A stretch of 64,000 nucleotides of DNA from an uncultured Acidobacteriaceae bacterium (GCA_963832855.1 CAWHVT010000002.1:476378-540377), one strand, 5' to 3'. Positions 1 to 10,588 are shown, counted from the first letter of the stretch. Translations and numbers: made by a program. Notes: generated by a model not told the origin, from the letters alone.

Positions 1-187
1 CTTCATCTTTATCACCTGAATCGTCTGAGCGCTGAACAAGAGCGCAGGAACCGTGACCCCGAGGCACCCCTGCTGTCTAACTGGATGCCGCTTTCCAGCG
101 CGCAGTTGTTTCCCGTTCGGTCCGTGCCAACATCCTGGGGCTGCGTCGCAGCGGGCTTCCCGGTTCACCAGCCGCTAAACTATTTAT

Positions 188-1525
188 GTGAGGGGATTTG
201 TGGTTCGATTCGCTCTTTTCGTTTTGTTTTTGGCGGTGATTTCCGGCCAAGCTAAGGCTTCTGCCCAGGACTCCTCATCGTCCGCCGGCTCCGCGCCGCC
301 ACCAACCAGCGCCGCCACCGCCCCGGCGCCTCCACCTCTTCCCGCCGAAGTCGCTTCGGCGGAATCGGCCATCGCCGCATCCGACTGGAAGACTGCTGAG
401 GCCAAACTTGACGTCTACCTCGCCGCCCATCCCAACGACGCGCGCGCCCTCTTTGACGCAGGCTATGTCGCCGATGCCCAAAACCGTCTCGACGATGCTG
501 CCTCTTTCTACCGCCGCGCCATCGCCGCCGACCCCAACTCGTTTGAGGCTCACATCTCCCTCGGCCTGCTCCTTGCGCGCCAAAACCAGCTCGCCGAAGC
601 GCGGCCCGAGCTAGTCGCCGCCACAACACTCGATCCCGGCCTGGCCGACCCCACACTCAAGGCTCGCGCATGGCGCGCACTGGCCCGCATTGATCGCGAC
701 TCCGATCCCGCCGCCGCATCCAACGACCTCCTCGAAGCTCTCAAGCTTACGCCGGAAACTCCTTCCGACACGCTCCTCGCAGCCACGCTCGCCGAAAAAA
801 CCGGCCAGCTTGAAGCCGCCGCGGCCGCCTATCGCCGTGTTCTTGACAAAGACCCTGACTCCGCGCCCGCCTCCGCCGGCCTGGCTCATCTGCTCATCCT
901 GCGCAAAGACTATCCGGGCGCCGAGACCCTCCTCCGCGCCGCTCTCGCCAAAAACCCCGACGATCCGACGCTCACCGCTCAGCTTGCCACCGTGCTTGCC
1001 GATCAGGACAAAGCCGAAGCCCTTCCGCTCCTGCAAAAACTCCACGCCGCCCATCCCACCGATCCCGCCGTCACTCGAATGCTGGCCGCGGTTCTCGCCG
1101 ATGCGGGTGACTTCGCCGGTTCCGACAAGCTCATCCTTCATCTCCTCGCCGCATCGCCCGACAACCCTGAACTGCTCGTCTCCCATGCTCAGAACTTTAT
1201 CCACGAGGGCCAGCTCGACCAGGCCTACGCAGTCTTCGGCAAAGTCACGCAAATCGATCCGGCCAACGTCGATGGCTGGAGCGGTCTCGCCTTCACCGCC
1301 TCCAAAACCGGCCATCCCGACGTCACCCTGCACGCGCTCGCCATGCGCTCCCGTTATCTCCCGGAGAACGCATCCACCCTCTTCCTTTGGGCCACCGCCT
1401 ATGACTCTCTGCACCAGAAAACTCAGGCCGCTGTCTACTACCACCGCTTCCTCGACGCTTCAGGCGGCCGGCTTCCAAACCAGGAATGGCAGGCCCGTCA
1501 GCGCCTCCAGGTCTTGGAAAAGTAG
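188..1525 (+). CDS. Secreted/periplasmic tetratricopeptide-repeat protein
   Basis: 445-aa ORF with N-terminal signal peptide and repeated TPR-like helices (e.g. ARALFDAGYVADAQNRLDDAASFYRRAIAADP). Confidence 0.85.
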   Translation: MRGFVVRFALFVLFLAVISGQAKASAQDSSSSAGSAPPPTSAATAPAPPPLPAEVASAESAIAASDWKTAEAKLDVYLAAHPNDARALFDAGYVADAQNRLDDAASFYRRAIAADPNSFEAHISLGLLLARQNQLAEARPELVAATTLDPGLADPTLKARAWRALARIDRDSDPAAASNDLLEALKLTPETPSDTLLAATLAEKTGQLEAAAAAYRRVLDKDPDSAPASAGLAHLLILRKDYPGAETLLRAALAKNPDDPTLTAQLATVLADQDKAEALPLLQKLHAAHPTDPAVTRMLAAVLADAGDFAGSDKLILHLLAASPDNPELLVSHAQNFIHEGQLDQAYAVFGKVTQIDPANVDGWSGLAFTASKTGHPDVTLHALAMRSRYLPENASTLFLWATAYDSLHQKTQAAVYYHRFLDASGGRLPNQEWQARQRLQVLEK

Positions 1526-1701
1526 CTCCGGACTCGCTCGCGGCCATCCCTGGCGTCGTCCATTTCGGAAATCCTATGATTTTTTGGTACCTGCGTTATT
1601 CACCGCATGAAAACGCGGCATCATAGTTCTTGCGGTTCGTTGCACAATGTGCGTACTATAGGGTCAATTTGGGGGCAGAACCGCGTTACAGGAGTTCCCC
1701 T

Positions 1702-2160
1702 ATGCGGACTGTGGTTCCCATCGCCGCGCTCCTCGCACTCAGCCTGAACGTTGGCTCCATGCGTGCCGCCACTCCTGACAGTTCCTTACCCGATCAGCAG
1801 GCGATTGAAGCGCTCGAAGCCCGCGCCAACCAGGCTCAGCCGCGCGAGCAATGCTTCCTCTACGCGCAGCTCGTCCAGCAAATGACGGAGATGAGCATTC
1901 GCCAGTACCAGGCGGGCAACGTGACCAGGGCGACCGGCCTGCTCCAGCAAATCCAGCGCATCGCCCGGAAGATCCATCTCACAGTCAACGATGACGATAA
2001 GCGCCTCAAGAACGCCGAGCTGATGTTGAGCCACACCGCGTTCCGGCTTAACGAAATGCTCCAGGCCAGTAGCATTGAGGACCGCCCGATCGTCGAGCAA
2101 ACCCTGGCGCAGGTCACCGACGCCAAGAATGCCACCTTGATGCAGGTCTTCCGCAAGTAA
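1702..2160 (+). CDS. Hypothetical secreted alpha-helical protein
   Basis: ATG 1702 after GGAG; signal-peptide-like N-terminus; host-like codon usage. Confidence 0.7.
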   Translation: MRTVVPIAALLALSLNVGSMRAATPDSSLPDQQAIEALEARANQAQPREQCFLYAQLVQQMTEMSIRQYQAGNVTRATGLLQQIQRIARKIHLTVNDDDKRLKNAELMLSHTAFRLNEMLQASSIEDRPIVEQTLAQVTDAKNATLMQVFRK

Positions 2161-2353
2161 GTCGCCGGACCCTCGCCCTTCAGCGCATTCCTCTTCCCTT
2201 GCCGGCTTCTGTGTGTTTTAACTTTGCCAGCGCCTTTGCGTCTCACGCGTATGAGCCAATGCGGGCGCTCGGCGTCTCGACGCTTTGCGCCTCGATCCAC
2301 GATCCACAAACCGCCTTCCTGTGCTTGAATATTCTCGTCGGAGTCTTTCTGTT

Positions 2354-2881
2354 ATGCGCTCTCTCGCCGCCGTCATCCTCGCACTCGTGGTTTCCGCGCC
2401 GCTCGCCGCGCAGAAAGATAAGCCCGAGCCGCTGACCGAGGCCCAGCAGGACCAGATCGCCCAGGCTGGCATCGATCCTGTCGCCCGTGTCGGGCTCTAC
2501 ATCAAGTTTCTCGACGATTATTCCGACACCATCAAGGGACTCATCCCTCGGGCCCACACGCAGGCGCGTGTCCGGCGCATCGACGGCGAACTCCAGAAAT
2601 TTGCCGCGCTCCTCGATGAGCTGGGCGATAATCTCGACGTCTACTCCGAGCGCAAGGCCGACATCCGCAAAGCGCTCAAACCGCTCAATGAAGGCGTCGC
2701 GCGCTGGCAGGAAACTCTGCACGGCTTGCCCAGCGAGCCCGGCTTCGAGCTCTCTCTCAAGGACGCTCTCGACAGCGTCACCGATCTCTCCGACCAGGCC
2801 CGGCAACTCACCGCCGACCAGGAAGCCTACTTCAAAGCCCACCCCGACGAAAAGGGCCAGGACCGCTACGAGCCGAAGTGA
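2354..2881 (+). CDS. Hypothetical secreted alpha-helical protein
   Basis: ATG 2354, signal peptide ending PLAA-Q, helical charged body. Confidence 0.7.
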   Translation: MRSLAAVILALVVSAPLAAQKDKPEPLTEAQQDQIAQAGIDPVARVGLYIKFLDDYSDTIKGLIPRAHTQARVRRIDGELQKFAALLDELGDNLDVYSERKADIRKALKPLNEGVARWQETLHGLPSEPGFELSLKDALDSVTDLSDQARQLTADQEAYFKAHPDEKGQDRYEPK

Positions 2882-2917
2882 GCCCGGCGATCACCGAGCA
2901 CTGTTATCCTGCTTTTT

Positions 2918-3604
2918 GTGGCCCCCGACCTCGCCCCCATCTTCCAGCACGAGTTCCGCGCCCTTCGCCCACGCGCGCCCATGCCGCCCTTTCACATTCG
3001 CTTTCGCCGCTTCACCTCGCTCAACACCACCATCCGCCTTCGCGAAGGCGAAATCTTCGTCGGTCTCTCCGATCTGCTTGAAGGCGCGCCCGAGTCCGTT
3101 CTCCACGCCATCGCTCACATTCTTCTTGCCAAGCTCTATCGCAAGTCCATCGACGCCGGCCACAACGTGCGCTACAAGCGCTTCGCATCCTCGGCCGCCG
3201 TGACGCGCCAAACGGAGCTCATCCGCCACGCGCGCGGCACCAAGCGCTACTTCGGCCCCGAGGGCCGTTTCTTCAATCTGGAAGAGGTCTTCGACTCGCT
3301 CAACACGCGCTTCTTCGGCGGGCTCCTCGGCCGCCCCGACCTTACCTGGAGCGAGCACCACGCCAAGCGCTCGCTCGGACACTACGATGCCGCCCACAAC
3401 ACCATCGTCGTCAGCCGCGTCTTCGACCGCCCTTCCAGCCCTCGCTACGCCATCGAGTACCTGCTCTACCACGAGATGCTTCACCTCAGGCATCCCATCA
3501 AAGCGCGCGGCCTGCGCCGCTGCATCCACTCGCCTGAATTCAAGGCCGACGAGTCTCGCTTTCCCCAGCTCGCTGAGGCCCTCGCTTTCATCAAGCGTCT
3601 GTAG
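2918..3604 (+). CDS. SprT-like/M48-type zinc metalloprotease domain protein
   Basis: HEMLH (HExxH) motif; WS...LGHYD...IVVSRVFD pattern. Confidence 0.8.
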   Translation: MAPDLAPIFQHEFRALRPRAPMPPFHIRFRRFTSLNTTIRLREGEIFVGLSDLLEGAPESVLHAIAHILLAKLYRKSIDAGHNVRYKRFASSAAVTRQTELIRHARGTKRYFGPEGRFFNLEEVFDSLNTRFFGGLLGRPDLTWSEHHAKRSLGHYDAAHNTIVVSRVFDRPSSPRYAIEYLLYHEMLHLRHPIKARGLRRCIHSPEFKADESRFPQLAEALAFIKRL

Positions 3605-3902
3605 TGCCGGCTCTCGCCGCATCCTGCATTCCAAACCGCGCATCCATGCGGAACAACTTCTGAGAGTCCCTGCGCCTCAATTCCTCCCATTCGGGAACCC
3701 TCGGGCAATTTGCGGTGTCTAACCATTCAAGCGAGCCCCTTGCGGAACATCTGCAAATGGTCTTGCGCAATTTCTGTGAGCGAGTCGGGGCACCTCATTG
3801 TCTTCGTTACAGATTCGTTTCACCTGCTTCCCTTGAAGAACCATTGGAGGTCTAACCAACAGTGAATCCGGACTGCCCAAAAGACTTCCCTCAAAATGTC
3901 GG

Positions 3903-3953
3903 TTGACTTGCTGCAATTTTACTGTTACTGTGCGTAACATTACGCTGTGTAAC
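3903..3953 (+). promoter_or_regulatory. Candidate sigma70 promoter with overlapping operator for the TonB-receptor gene
   Basis: TTGACT (3903-3908)-N17-TACTGT (3926-3931); inverted repeat TGTTAC-N5-GTAACA (3923-3939) overlaps the -10. Confidence 0.4.
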
Positions 3954-3999
3954 GCACGACCCAACCATCATCTTGTCCGATTGCTTCCCAAGGGTGGAC

Positions 4000-6873
4000 A
4001 TGAATTACTTTTCGCGCTTTGCCACATGTTGCCTGGTTGCTGCTTCCCTGCTTCTGCCTGCCGCCGCCGTGGCGCAAACCGCCGCGCTTCACGGCCAGGT
4101 CGCCGATCCGAGCGGCGCGGTGATCCCCGGCGCTGCCATCTCACTTACCGGTGGCGTCGCGCCCATCCGGACCCAATCCGGCGCCGACGGCGAGTATGCG
4201 ATCCGCGGTCTCACACCCGGTTCGTACACCATCTCCGTCACCGCCTCGGGCTTCGCCCCCCTCACCATCCCGTATGTCACTCTCAACGCAGGCCAGTCAA
4301 AATCGCTCAACCTGCCGCTCGCCATTGCCGTTGAAAAGCAGGAAGTCCAGGTTCAGGGCGAGACGCAGTCTGTCGGCCTCAGCTCCGAACAGAACGCGAG
4401 CGCTACAGTCATCAAGGGCAGCGCTCTCGATGCGCTCTCCGACAACCCTACTGAGTTGCAAAACGAATTGCAGGCGCTTGCCGGCCCCGCGGCCGGTCCC
4501 AACGGCGGCCAAATCTACATTGACGGCTTCGAAGGCGGCCAGATTCCGCCCAAAGCCGACATCCTTGAAATCCGCGTCAACCAAAATCCATTTTCCGCGG
4601 AGTACGATCGCATCGGCTACGGCCGCATCGAAATCATCACCAAGCCCGGCACGCAAAAACTGCATGGCGTCATCGGCGGCTGGGGCACCAGCTCCGCTCT
4701 CGGCACCGCCAACCCATTCCTCGCGGGCCAGCCCAGTTACTACCAGATCGGCAACTGGGACACAATCAGCGGGCCGATCTCCAAAACGGCCTCCTACTTC
4801 TTTAGCGCCACCAACATTCACCGCCAGAACCAATCCATCGTGAATGCTCTCGATCCCGCAACCCTCAACTCCAACATCATCGAGCCATTCTCTGCTCCAA
4901 TGGAGTACTTCGCCCTCACTCCCCGCGTCGATTTCCAAATCACAAAGACCAACTTCGTGAGCGTTCGCGATCAATACGCCCGATACTCCGCGCAGGGCCT
5001 TGGCGTGGGTTCACTGGTTCTTCCCGAGCAGGCTACAGGTGGCCTGAACTGGAACAACAACGTCCAGATCGGCGATACCTGGGTGATCAACCCACACCTT
5101 CTCATGGAGCCGCGCTTCCTCTGGCGTCGCATCGGCAATAACACCACCTCCAGCCTTTCCACACCGACCGTCACCGTTCAGGGCGCCTTCACCACCGGCG
5201 GCAATGGCGTTGGTACGCTCCACGACCATCAGGACGTTTTTATGCTGCAAAACTACGGCACCGCGACTGTTGGGCCGCATACCTTGCGCTTTGGCGCGCG
5301 CGCACGCGCTTATCGCGATGCCGATTACTCGACTGCAAACGTCAACGGCAACTATTTCTTCAATTGCGCTTTGACGTCGCCCCAGTGCGCTAACTCGTAC
5401 CAGGCCGGAACACCTGAAAAGTATTCCGCTACCGAGATTGAAAATCCGCTGGCCCGCGCTCTTCTCTTCGACGGTTCGCTCTTTATGCAGGACAACTGGC
5501 GCGTGAACCGCAGCTTTCTTCTCGGTCTCGGCATGCGCTATGAGGGCCAGAACTATATCCACGACCGCGATGACTGGGCGCCGCGTATCGCATTTGCATG
5601 GACGCCAGGGCATCCCGGGAAAACTCCGCCAAAAACAGTCATTCGTGCCGGTTATGGCTGGTTCTTCAACCGGTTCATCATGAACACCGCCTTCAATTCC
5701 GGTTCCGAGCCTTACATCATCACCGCGATTCACGACAATCGGATTAACCAGCAGAGCTACACCATCACCAACCCCAATACCGTCTTTCCGTCGTATCCAT
5801 TCAATAGCGCCGATCCTGCTCCGATTCCGGCATCTGTGCTCGCCACTGCTCCTTCGTCCATCCCCACCTATCACTCCGTCGATCCGCACTTCCACGCCGC
5901 GCTCGACATGCAGACCGGAATTGGCGTCGACCGCCAGATCGCCAGGCACGTCACCGGCAACGTTACCTATCTCTTCACCCAGGGCGTGCACCAATATATG
6001 TCGAACAATGTCACCGCGCCCGTCTTCGATGTTTCCGACTACACCATCGCCGGTTCCACTCCATCTGTCTACAACTACCAGTTCCAGTCCGAAGGTTTTT
6101 ACCGCCAGAATCAGCTCATCGTGTCGTCGGCCCTGCAGCTGAAGAAGTTCACCGTCAGCGGCAACTACGTGCTCAACGAGGCCAAAAGCGATACGCAAGG
6201 CATTAACTCATTCCCCTCCGTAGCGCAGGATCCCGGCCTCGATTATGGCCGCGCCAGCTTTGGCATGCGCCAGCGTTTCCTGGCGATCGGCAGTTACACT
6301 GCGCCGCACGGCTTCGTCCTCGGCGCTTACATTGCCGCGCAGTCTGGCACGCCTTACAACCTCACCATTGGCGAGGACCTCACCGGCAACAATCAATTCA
6401 ATGCGCGTCCCACCTACGGTACGTGCGGCGACCCCGGCGTCATCACCACGCAGTACGGCTGCCTCGACAGCGATCCTGTCGGGAAAGACGAGCCTATGAT
6501 TCCTTACGGCGTTGGCTTGGGTCCCGCCAACGCCATCGTGCACGTCCGCATCAGCAAGGTGTTTGGCATTGGGCCCAGGATTAAAACGGCAGCTGAAGGC
6601 CAGAGCTTTACAGTCGGTGGCGGCAACGTCAGCAGCCGCGGCATCGGCAGCGGCGGTCCCTCTATCCGTCTCGATGCCACCGCTCCCCGCCGCTACAATC
6701 TCACTCTCATCGCCGGCGCCAACGATGTCTTCAACATGGTCAATCTGGGCACGCCCAACGGCGTTTTGCTCTCGCCGCTCTTCAACCAAACACAATCGCT
6801 CGCCGCCGGCCAGTTCGGCAGCGCCACCCCGGGCACGCGCAGCATCACCTTTCAGTCGACCTTTACCTTCTGA
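4000..6873 (+). CDS. Oar-like TonB-dependent receptor with carboxypeptidase regulatory-like N-domain
   Basis: Signal peptide, GQVADPSGAVIPGA...PGSYTISV domain, FSAEYDRIGYGRIEIITKPG plug-like motif, C-terminal Phe. Confidence 0.85.
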   Translation: MNYFSRFATCCLVAASLLLPAAAVAQTAALHGQVADPSGAVIPGAAISLTGGVAPIRTQSGADGEYAIRGLTPGSYTISVTASGFAPLTIPYVTLNAGQSKSLNLPLAIAVEKQEVQVQGETQSVGLSSEQNASATVIKGSALDALSDNPTELQNELQALAGPAAGPNGGQIYIDGFEGGQIPPKADILEIRVNQNPFSAEYDRIGYGRIEIITKPGTQKLHGVIGGWGTSSALGTANPFLAGQPSYYQIGNWDTISGPISKTASYFFSATNIHRQNQSIVNALDPATLNSNIIEPFSAPMEYFALTPRVDFQITKTNFVSVRDQYARYSAQGLGVGSLVLPEQATGGLNWNNNVQIGDTWVINPHLLMEPRFLWRRIGNNTTSSLSTPTVTVQGAFTTGGNGVGTLHDHQDVFMLQNYGTATVGPHTLRFGARARAYRDADYSTANVNGNYFFNCALTSPQCANSYQAGTPEKYSATEIENPLARALLFDGSLFMQDNWRVNRSFLLGLGMRYEGQNYIHDRDDWAPRIAFAWTPGHPGKTPPKTVIRAGYGWFFNRFIMNTAFNSGSEPYIITAIHDNRINQQSYTITNPNTVFPSYPFNSADPAPIPASVLATAPSSIPTYHSVDPHFHAALDMQTGIGVDRQIARHVTGNVTYLFTQGVHQYMSNNVTAPVFDVSDYTIAGSTPSVYNYQFQSEGFYRQNQLIVSSALQLKKFTVSGNYVLNEAKSDTQGINSFPSVAQDPGLDYGRASFGMRQRFLAIGSYTAPHGFVLGAYIAAQSGTPYNLTIGEDLTGNNQFNARPTYGTCGDPGVITTQYGCLDSDPVGKDEPMIPYGVGLGPANAIVHVRISKVFGIGPRIKTAAEGQSFTVGGGNVSSRGIGSGGPSIRLDATAPRRYNLTLIAGANDVFNMVNLGTPNGVLLSPLFNQTQSLAAGQFGSATPGTRSITFQSTFTF

Positions 6874-7014
6874 TCGATCTGCGCAATACAAACGCAGCTT
6901 GTGATTGCCGTGGGCCTGAGCTACGGCAAAGAAGAATCGACAAAAGTAGCGGACGGTCTGACGAACGAAGTGACCTGGATGCTCGTGGCCATGATGCGCA
7001 AGCTGCAGCAGTGA
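6874..7014 (+). pseudogene. 5'-truncated remnant of a four-helix-bundle (IVP/Avd-like) gene
   Basis: No start codon; manual translation SICAIQTQLVIAVGLSYGKEESTKVADGLTNEVTWMLVAMMRKLQQ* resembles the S..E.QTQL.IA..L.Y...EV..ML..L..KL C-terminal half of that family. Confidence 0.55.
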
Positions 7015-7033
7015 TTGAGTGTTTTTGTAGTCC

Positions 7034-7966
7034 TTAGTCTCTGCTTTTCAGCGCCCCCGTCAGGCTGCTCACCTTCGCCACATCGTGGCTCTTGCACCAC
7101 GACTCCATCCCCTTCGCCAACCGCTCGGTGGCGCGCGGATCGGCGTAGCTTGCTGTGCCCACCTGAACCGCCGTCGCCCCGGCCAGCATGAACTCTATCG
7201 CGTCTTCCGGCGTCACAATTCCGCCCATCCCCAGGATCGGAATCTCCACTGCCCGCGCCACCTCGTACACCATGCGCAGCGCGATCGGCTTGATCGCCGG
7301 TCCTGACAGCCCTCCCGTCGCATTGCTCAGCCGCGGCCGCCGCTCTTCCGCATCGATCGACATGGCCAGAAACGTATTCACCAGGCTCACCGCATCCGCG
7401 CCGGCTTCCGCGCAAACGCGCGCCATTTGACCGATCGAAGTTACATTTGGCGAGAGCTTCACGATCAGCGGTTGAATGGCCACTCTCTTCGTCCGGTCCA
7501 CCAGCTCTTCCAGCGCATACGGATCGGCGCCGAAGGTCATTCCGCCCTCGTGCACGTTGGGGCACGATGCGTTCAATTCGTACGCCGCAATTCCCTCCGC
7601 ATCGTTCAGCCGGTCGATCACGCCGATATAGTCGTTCACCGTGTGCCCGAACACGTTCACAATCACCTTGCAGCTTGGGTGTCGGCTCATGGGCGGCAGC
7701 TTCCGCTCGACGAAATCTTCCACTCCTACATTTTGCAGTCCGATGGCGTTCAGCATTCCCGCCGCCGTCTGCACAATGCGCGGAGGCGCGTGCCCGGCCA
7801 TCGGCTCCAGCGAGATCCCTTTGGTCACGATCGCGCCCAGCCGATCCAGCGACACGATCTCTTCAAACTCAATTCCGTATCCGAACGTGCCGCTGGCGGC
7901 GATCACCGGATTCACCAGCTCCAGTCCGGCGAACGAGACTCTCATGTCTGGTTTCACGGTCCGCAA
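7034..7966 (-). CDS. pyrD: Dihydroorotate dehydrogenase, class 1B catalytic subunit
   Basis: NPVIAASGTFGYG, GMLNAIGLQN, ELNASCPNV, GGLSGPAIKPIAL; true start may be 7957 or 7945. Confidence 0.95.
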   Translation of the reverse strand: MRTVKPDMRVSFAGLELVNPVIAASGTFGYGIEFEEIVSLDRLGAIVTKGISLEPMAGHAPPRIVQTAAGMLNAIGLQNVGVEDFVERKLPPMSRHPSCKVIVNVFGHTVNDYIGVIDRLNDAEGIAAYELNASCPNVHEGGMTFGADPYALEELVDRTKRVAIQPLIVKLSPNVTSIGQMARVCAEAGADAVSLVNTFLAMSIDAEERRPRLSNATGGLSGPAIKPIALRMVYEVARAVEIPILGMGGIVTPEDAIEFMLAGATAVQVGTASYADPRATERLAKGMESWCKSHDVAKVSSLTGALKSRD

Positions 7967-8125
7967 TCATCCTTTCCAGCGGGTCTACAGGGCCTAGTGT
8001 CTTTCCCGTCGCCGGCACAGCTCTCCGATTCATCATAATTGGAGCGCCATCCGCCCGCGCGCGAATGCCGAAGGCAAAACAAGCACCCCGGGCGCGATCT
8101 CCACGCTGAACCTTGCGTGAACCGC

Positions 8126-8153
8126 AAAAAACCCTCCGGCAACCGCCGAAGGG
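8126..8153 (-). terminator. Rho-independent terminator after the ABC exporter operon
   Basis: Minus strand CCCUUCGGC-GGUU-GCCGGAGGG followed by a U run. Confidence 0.7.
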
Positions 8154-8154
8154 C

Positions 8155-8277
8155 CTTTGTGCTTGTCTTTGTCTTTGTCTTTGTCTTTGTTTCTGTTTTT
8201 GTCTTTGCTTCTGTTTTTTGTCTCTGCTTCTGTCTTTGCCTTTGTCTTCGTCTTTTCCTATTCCCTACTCCCTGACT
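8155..8277. repeat. Degenerate hexamer array (CTTTGT)n followed by heptamers CCTATTC/CCTACTC/CCTGACT
   Basis: About 16 imperfect 6-nt units read directly. Confidence 0.85.
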
Positions 8278-8280
8278 TCT

Positions 8281-9327
8281 TCATCTCCACCTGAAGATCT
8301 TGAGTGAAACCGCGAACGGTACTGCAAACCACACCATCAAAATCCCCACCTGCGCCATCAACTGCCCCAGTTGCGTGCCCTGCAGCATGTTGCCGCGGAT
8401 CGCATCGATCGCCGCCGTCAGCGGCAGAGCGCGAACAATCGGTTGGATAATCGCCGGAAACCGCGACGCCGAGAAAAACACTCCCGACAGAATCCACATA
8501 GGGAGCATCACCAGGTTCATCAGCCCACTTACCGCTTCCATCGTCCTCGCCCGCGATGCCACCAGCAGCCCCACCGCCGAGAACACCAGCGAAACTAAAA
8601 TGCATAGCAGCCCAAGCTGCCACAGCGGCCCTCGGAACGGCACGCCGAACACGAGCTTGGCAAATCCCAGGAACACCACCACCTCAATCGCCAGCATCAC
8701 CAGCCGCGACAGCAGATATCCCGCCAGAAACTGCCACCTCGGCATCGGCGACGCCACCATCCGCTTCAGCAACTTCTTCTGTCGCCCATCGACAATCGAG
8801 AATCCCAATCCCCACATCGCCGAGCCCATCAGGTTCATCCCCAGCAATCCCGGGACCACAAAGTCGATGTACCGCGAGCCCGTCTCGTGCACCAGCTCGT
8901 TCGCGGCCGTCACCACATCCTTCCTTCCCGCCGCCTCCTGGATCGCGCGGTTCGCAATCATTCGCGCCGTCCGCGCATCGGGATTCGTATTGTCGTACCG
9001 GTACACCACGCCATCGCCGCTCTGCTCGGCAAGCAGCACAATCGTTCCCACCGCCAGCGCGTGCACCCCCGCGCCCTCGTCCATCTCTGTCGCCTTTAGC
9101 CCCTTGTCCGCAGCCAGCGCCTGCGTTAATTGCTCTGTCGTCGCGCCTACCGGCAACACGTCAGCAGGACGATTGCGGAATGCAATCCCCAACCCGATGG
9201 CCAGCAAAATCGGAAAAATGAAGATCCAGAAGATCGCCTCCGGCTCCCGCAGCGTCAACTTCAGCCGCGTCGCTGTCAGCTGATAAAGGCTGCTGGTTTC
9301 CAAGCTCATCTTCTGGGAGCTACTCAT
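8281..9327 (-). CDS. ABC-2 type exporter permease
   Basis: RYIDFVVPGLLGMNLM, LSGVFFS, multiple TM helices; overlaps the ATPase gene. Confidence 0.9.
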   Translation of the reverse strand: MSSSQKMSLETSSLYQLTATRLKLTLREPEAIFWIFIFPILLAIGLGIAFRNRPADVLPVGATTEQLTQALAADKGLKATEMDEGAGVHALAVGTIVLLAEQSGDGVVYRYDNTNPDARTARMIANRAIQEAAGRKDVVTAANELVHETGSRYIDFVVPGLLGMNLMGSAMWGLGFSIVDGRQKKLLKRMVASPMPRWQFLAGYLLSRLVMLAIEVVVFLGFAKLVFGVPFRGPLWQLGLLCILVSLVFSAVGLLVASRARTMEAVSGLMNLVMLPMWILSGVFFSASRFPAIIQPIVRALPLTAAIDAIRGNMLQGTQLGQLMAQVGILMVWFAVPFAVSLKIFRWR

Positions 9328-10375
9328 CGCGAAGATTCCTTCCCGTCAGCCGCACAAACACATCCTCCAGCGTCGCCGAGTGCGTTCTGAACTCGCTCAA
9401 ATGCAGCCCCTGCTCTTCCAGCGCAGCAAAAATCCGCGGCACCGCCGTGTGCAGCTCGCTCACCGACAGCTGGTGCAGATTCTCGTCTACCCGATGCGAC
9501 TGCACTCCCGGAATCTTTTTCAACGCCTCCGTATCAACGCCCCCACGCGCCTCAGTTAAGCTGTCATCTTGAGCGGAAATCGCGCCGGCAATCGGAGTCG
9601 AATGGGAACCCGCGGCTGCGTTTGCTCCCACCGCAAACTCCACAATGTCCTCGCCGCCCACCGTCGCAATCAGCTCCTTCGGCGTTCCCATCGCAATCAC
9701 CTTGCCATGGTCCATAATCGCCACGCGATCGCACAGCCGCTCCGCTTCCTCCATATAATGCGTGGTTAAAATAATCGTCCGCCCCGCCCGCTTCAACTCC
9801 TCCACCAAATCCCACAAATGCCTCCGCGCCTGTGGATCGAGTCCCGTTGTCGGCTCATCCAGAAACAGCAGCTCCGGATCGCCCACCATTGCCGTCGCCA
9901 TCGCCAGCCGCTGCTTCTGCCCGCCGCTCAGCCCGCCCACGCGCGACCGCCGCTTCTCTTCAAGCTGCGATATCTTGATCGATTCATCCACAGTGATTCC
10001 GCGCCGGTAGAAACTCCGGAACAGCCGCAGCGTCTCTTCCACTGTCAACTTCTCCGGAAACTGCGTCTCCTGCAGTTGAATCCCGATCCGCTGCCGCAGC
10101 TCATCGGCGCTGCTGATCCAATTCAGCCCCAGCAGCTCCACCGTTCCCTCATCCGCCGCCGTCAACCCCTCGCAAATCTCAATCGTCGTTGTCTTGCCGG
10201 CCCCGTTCGGCCCCAGCAATCCAAAGCACTCGCCCTTCGCCACTTCAAGGTCGATCCCATCCACCGCCTGCACATCCACAAACGCTTTCTTCAGCCCGCG
10301 AATGCGCAACGCCGCGCCCGCGCCTGTTGCCGGCCCTGCGAAACCAAAACCTCCAGATTTCCCCAATTCTTCCAT
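9320..10375 (-). CDS. ABC exporter ATP-binding protein
   Basis: Walker A GPNGAGKTT, LSGGQKQR, LLFLDEPTTGLDP. Confidence 0.95.
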   Translation of the reverse strand: MEELGKSGGFGFAGPATGAGAALRIRGLKKAFVDVQAVDGIDLEVAKGECFGLLGPNGAGKTTTIEICEGLTAADEGTVELLGLNWISSADELRQRIGIQLQETQFPEKLTVEETLRLFRSFYRRGITVDESIKISQLEEKRRSRVGGLSGGQKQRLAMATAMVGDPELLFLDEPTTGLDPQARRHLWDLVEELKRAGRTIILTTHYMEEAERLCDRVAIMDHGKVIAMGTPKELIATVGGEDIVEFAVGANAAAGSHSTPIAGAISAQDDSLTEARGGVDTEALKKIPGVQSHRVDENLHQLSVSELHTAVPRIFAALEEQGLHLSEFRTHSATLEDVFVRLTGRNLRDE

Positions 10376-10588
10376 CGCCTTAGACTACCGCACCCGCGAT
10401 TTCCACGGTTCCAAAACGGGGCCGTTCAACAACGTAATTGTGGACAAAAGATCACGAGGTTTTGACCTGGTTTTCATCCTCCAGCCGCTCGACCAGTCCT
10501 ATCGTTATGCCATCTGCCAGCCGGCCAGATGCGACGCTCCCGATTCTCTTCAATGCACCCGGCCCAATACACACATTCGAGGTGTCCC

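Noticed and set aside
3605-3900. Gene remnant in the intergenic region before the TonB receptor
   Set aside because: No frame gave a recognisable motif.
5011-6198. Long antisense ORFs (also 11510-12790, 47208-48227, 53249-54619, 58242-59876 and others)
   Set aside because: Shadow frames of well-supported genes in GC-rich DNA, with no family motifs.
8039-8307. VFVFVF and CLCLCL ORFs
   Set aside because: They are translations of the (CTTTGT)n repeat and terminator.
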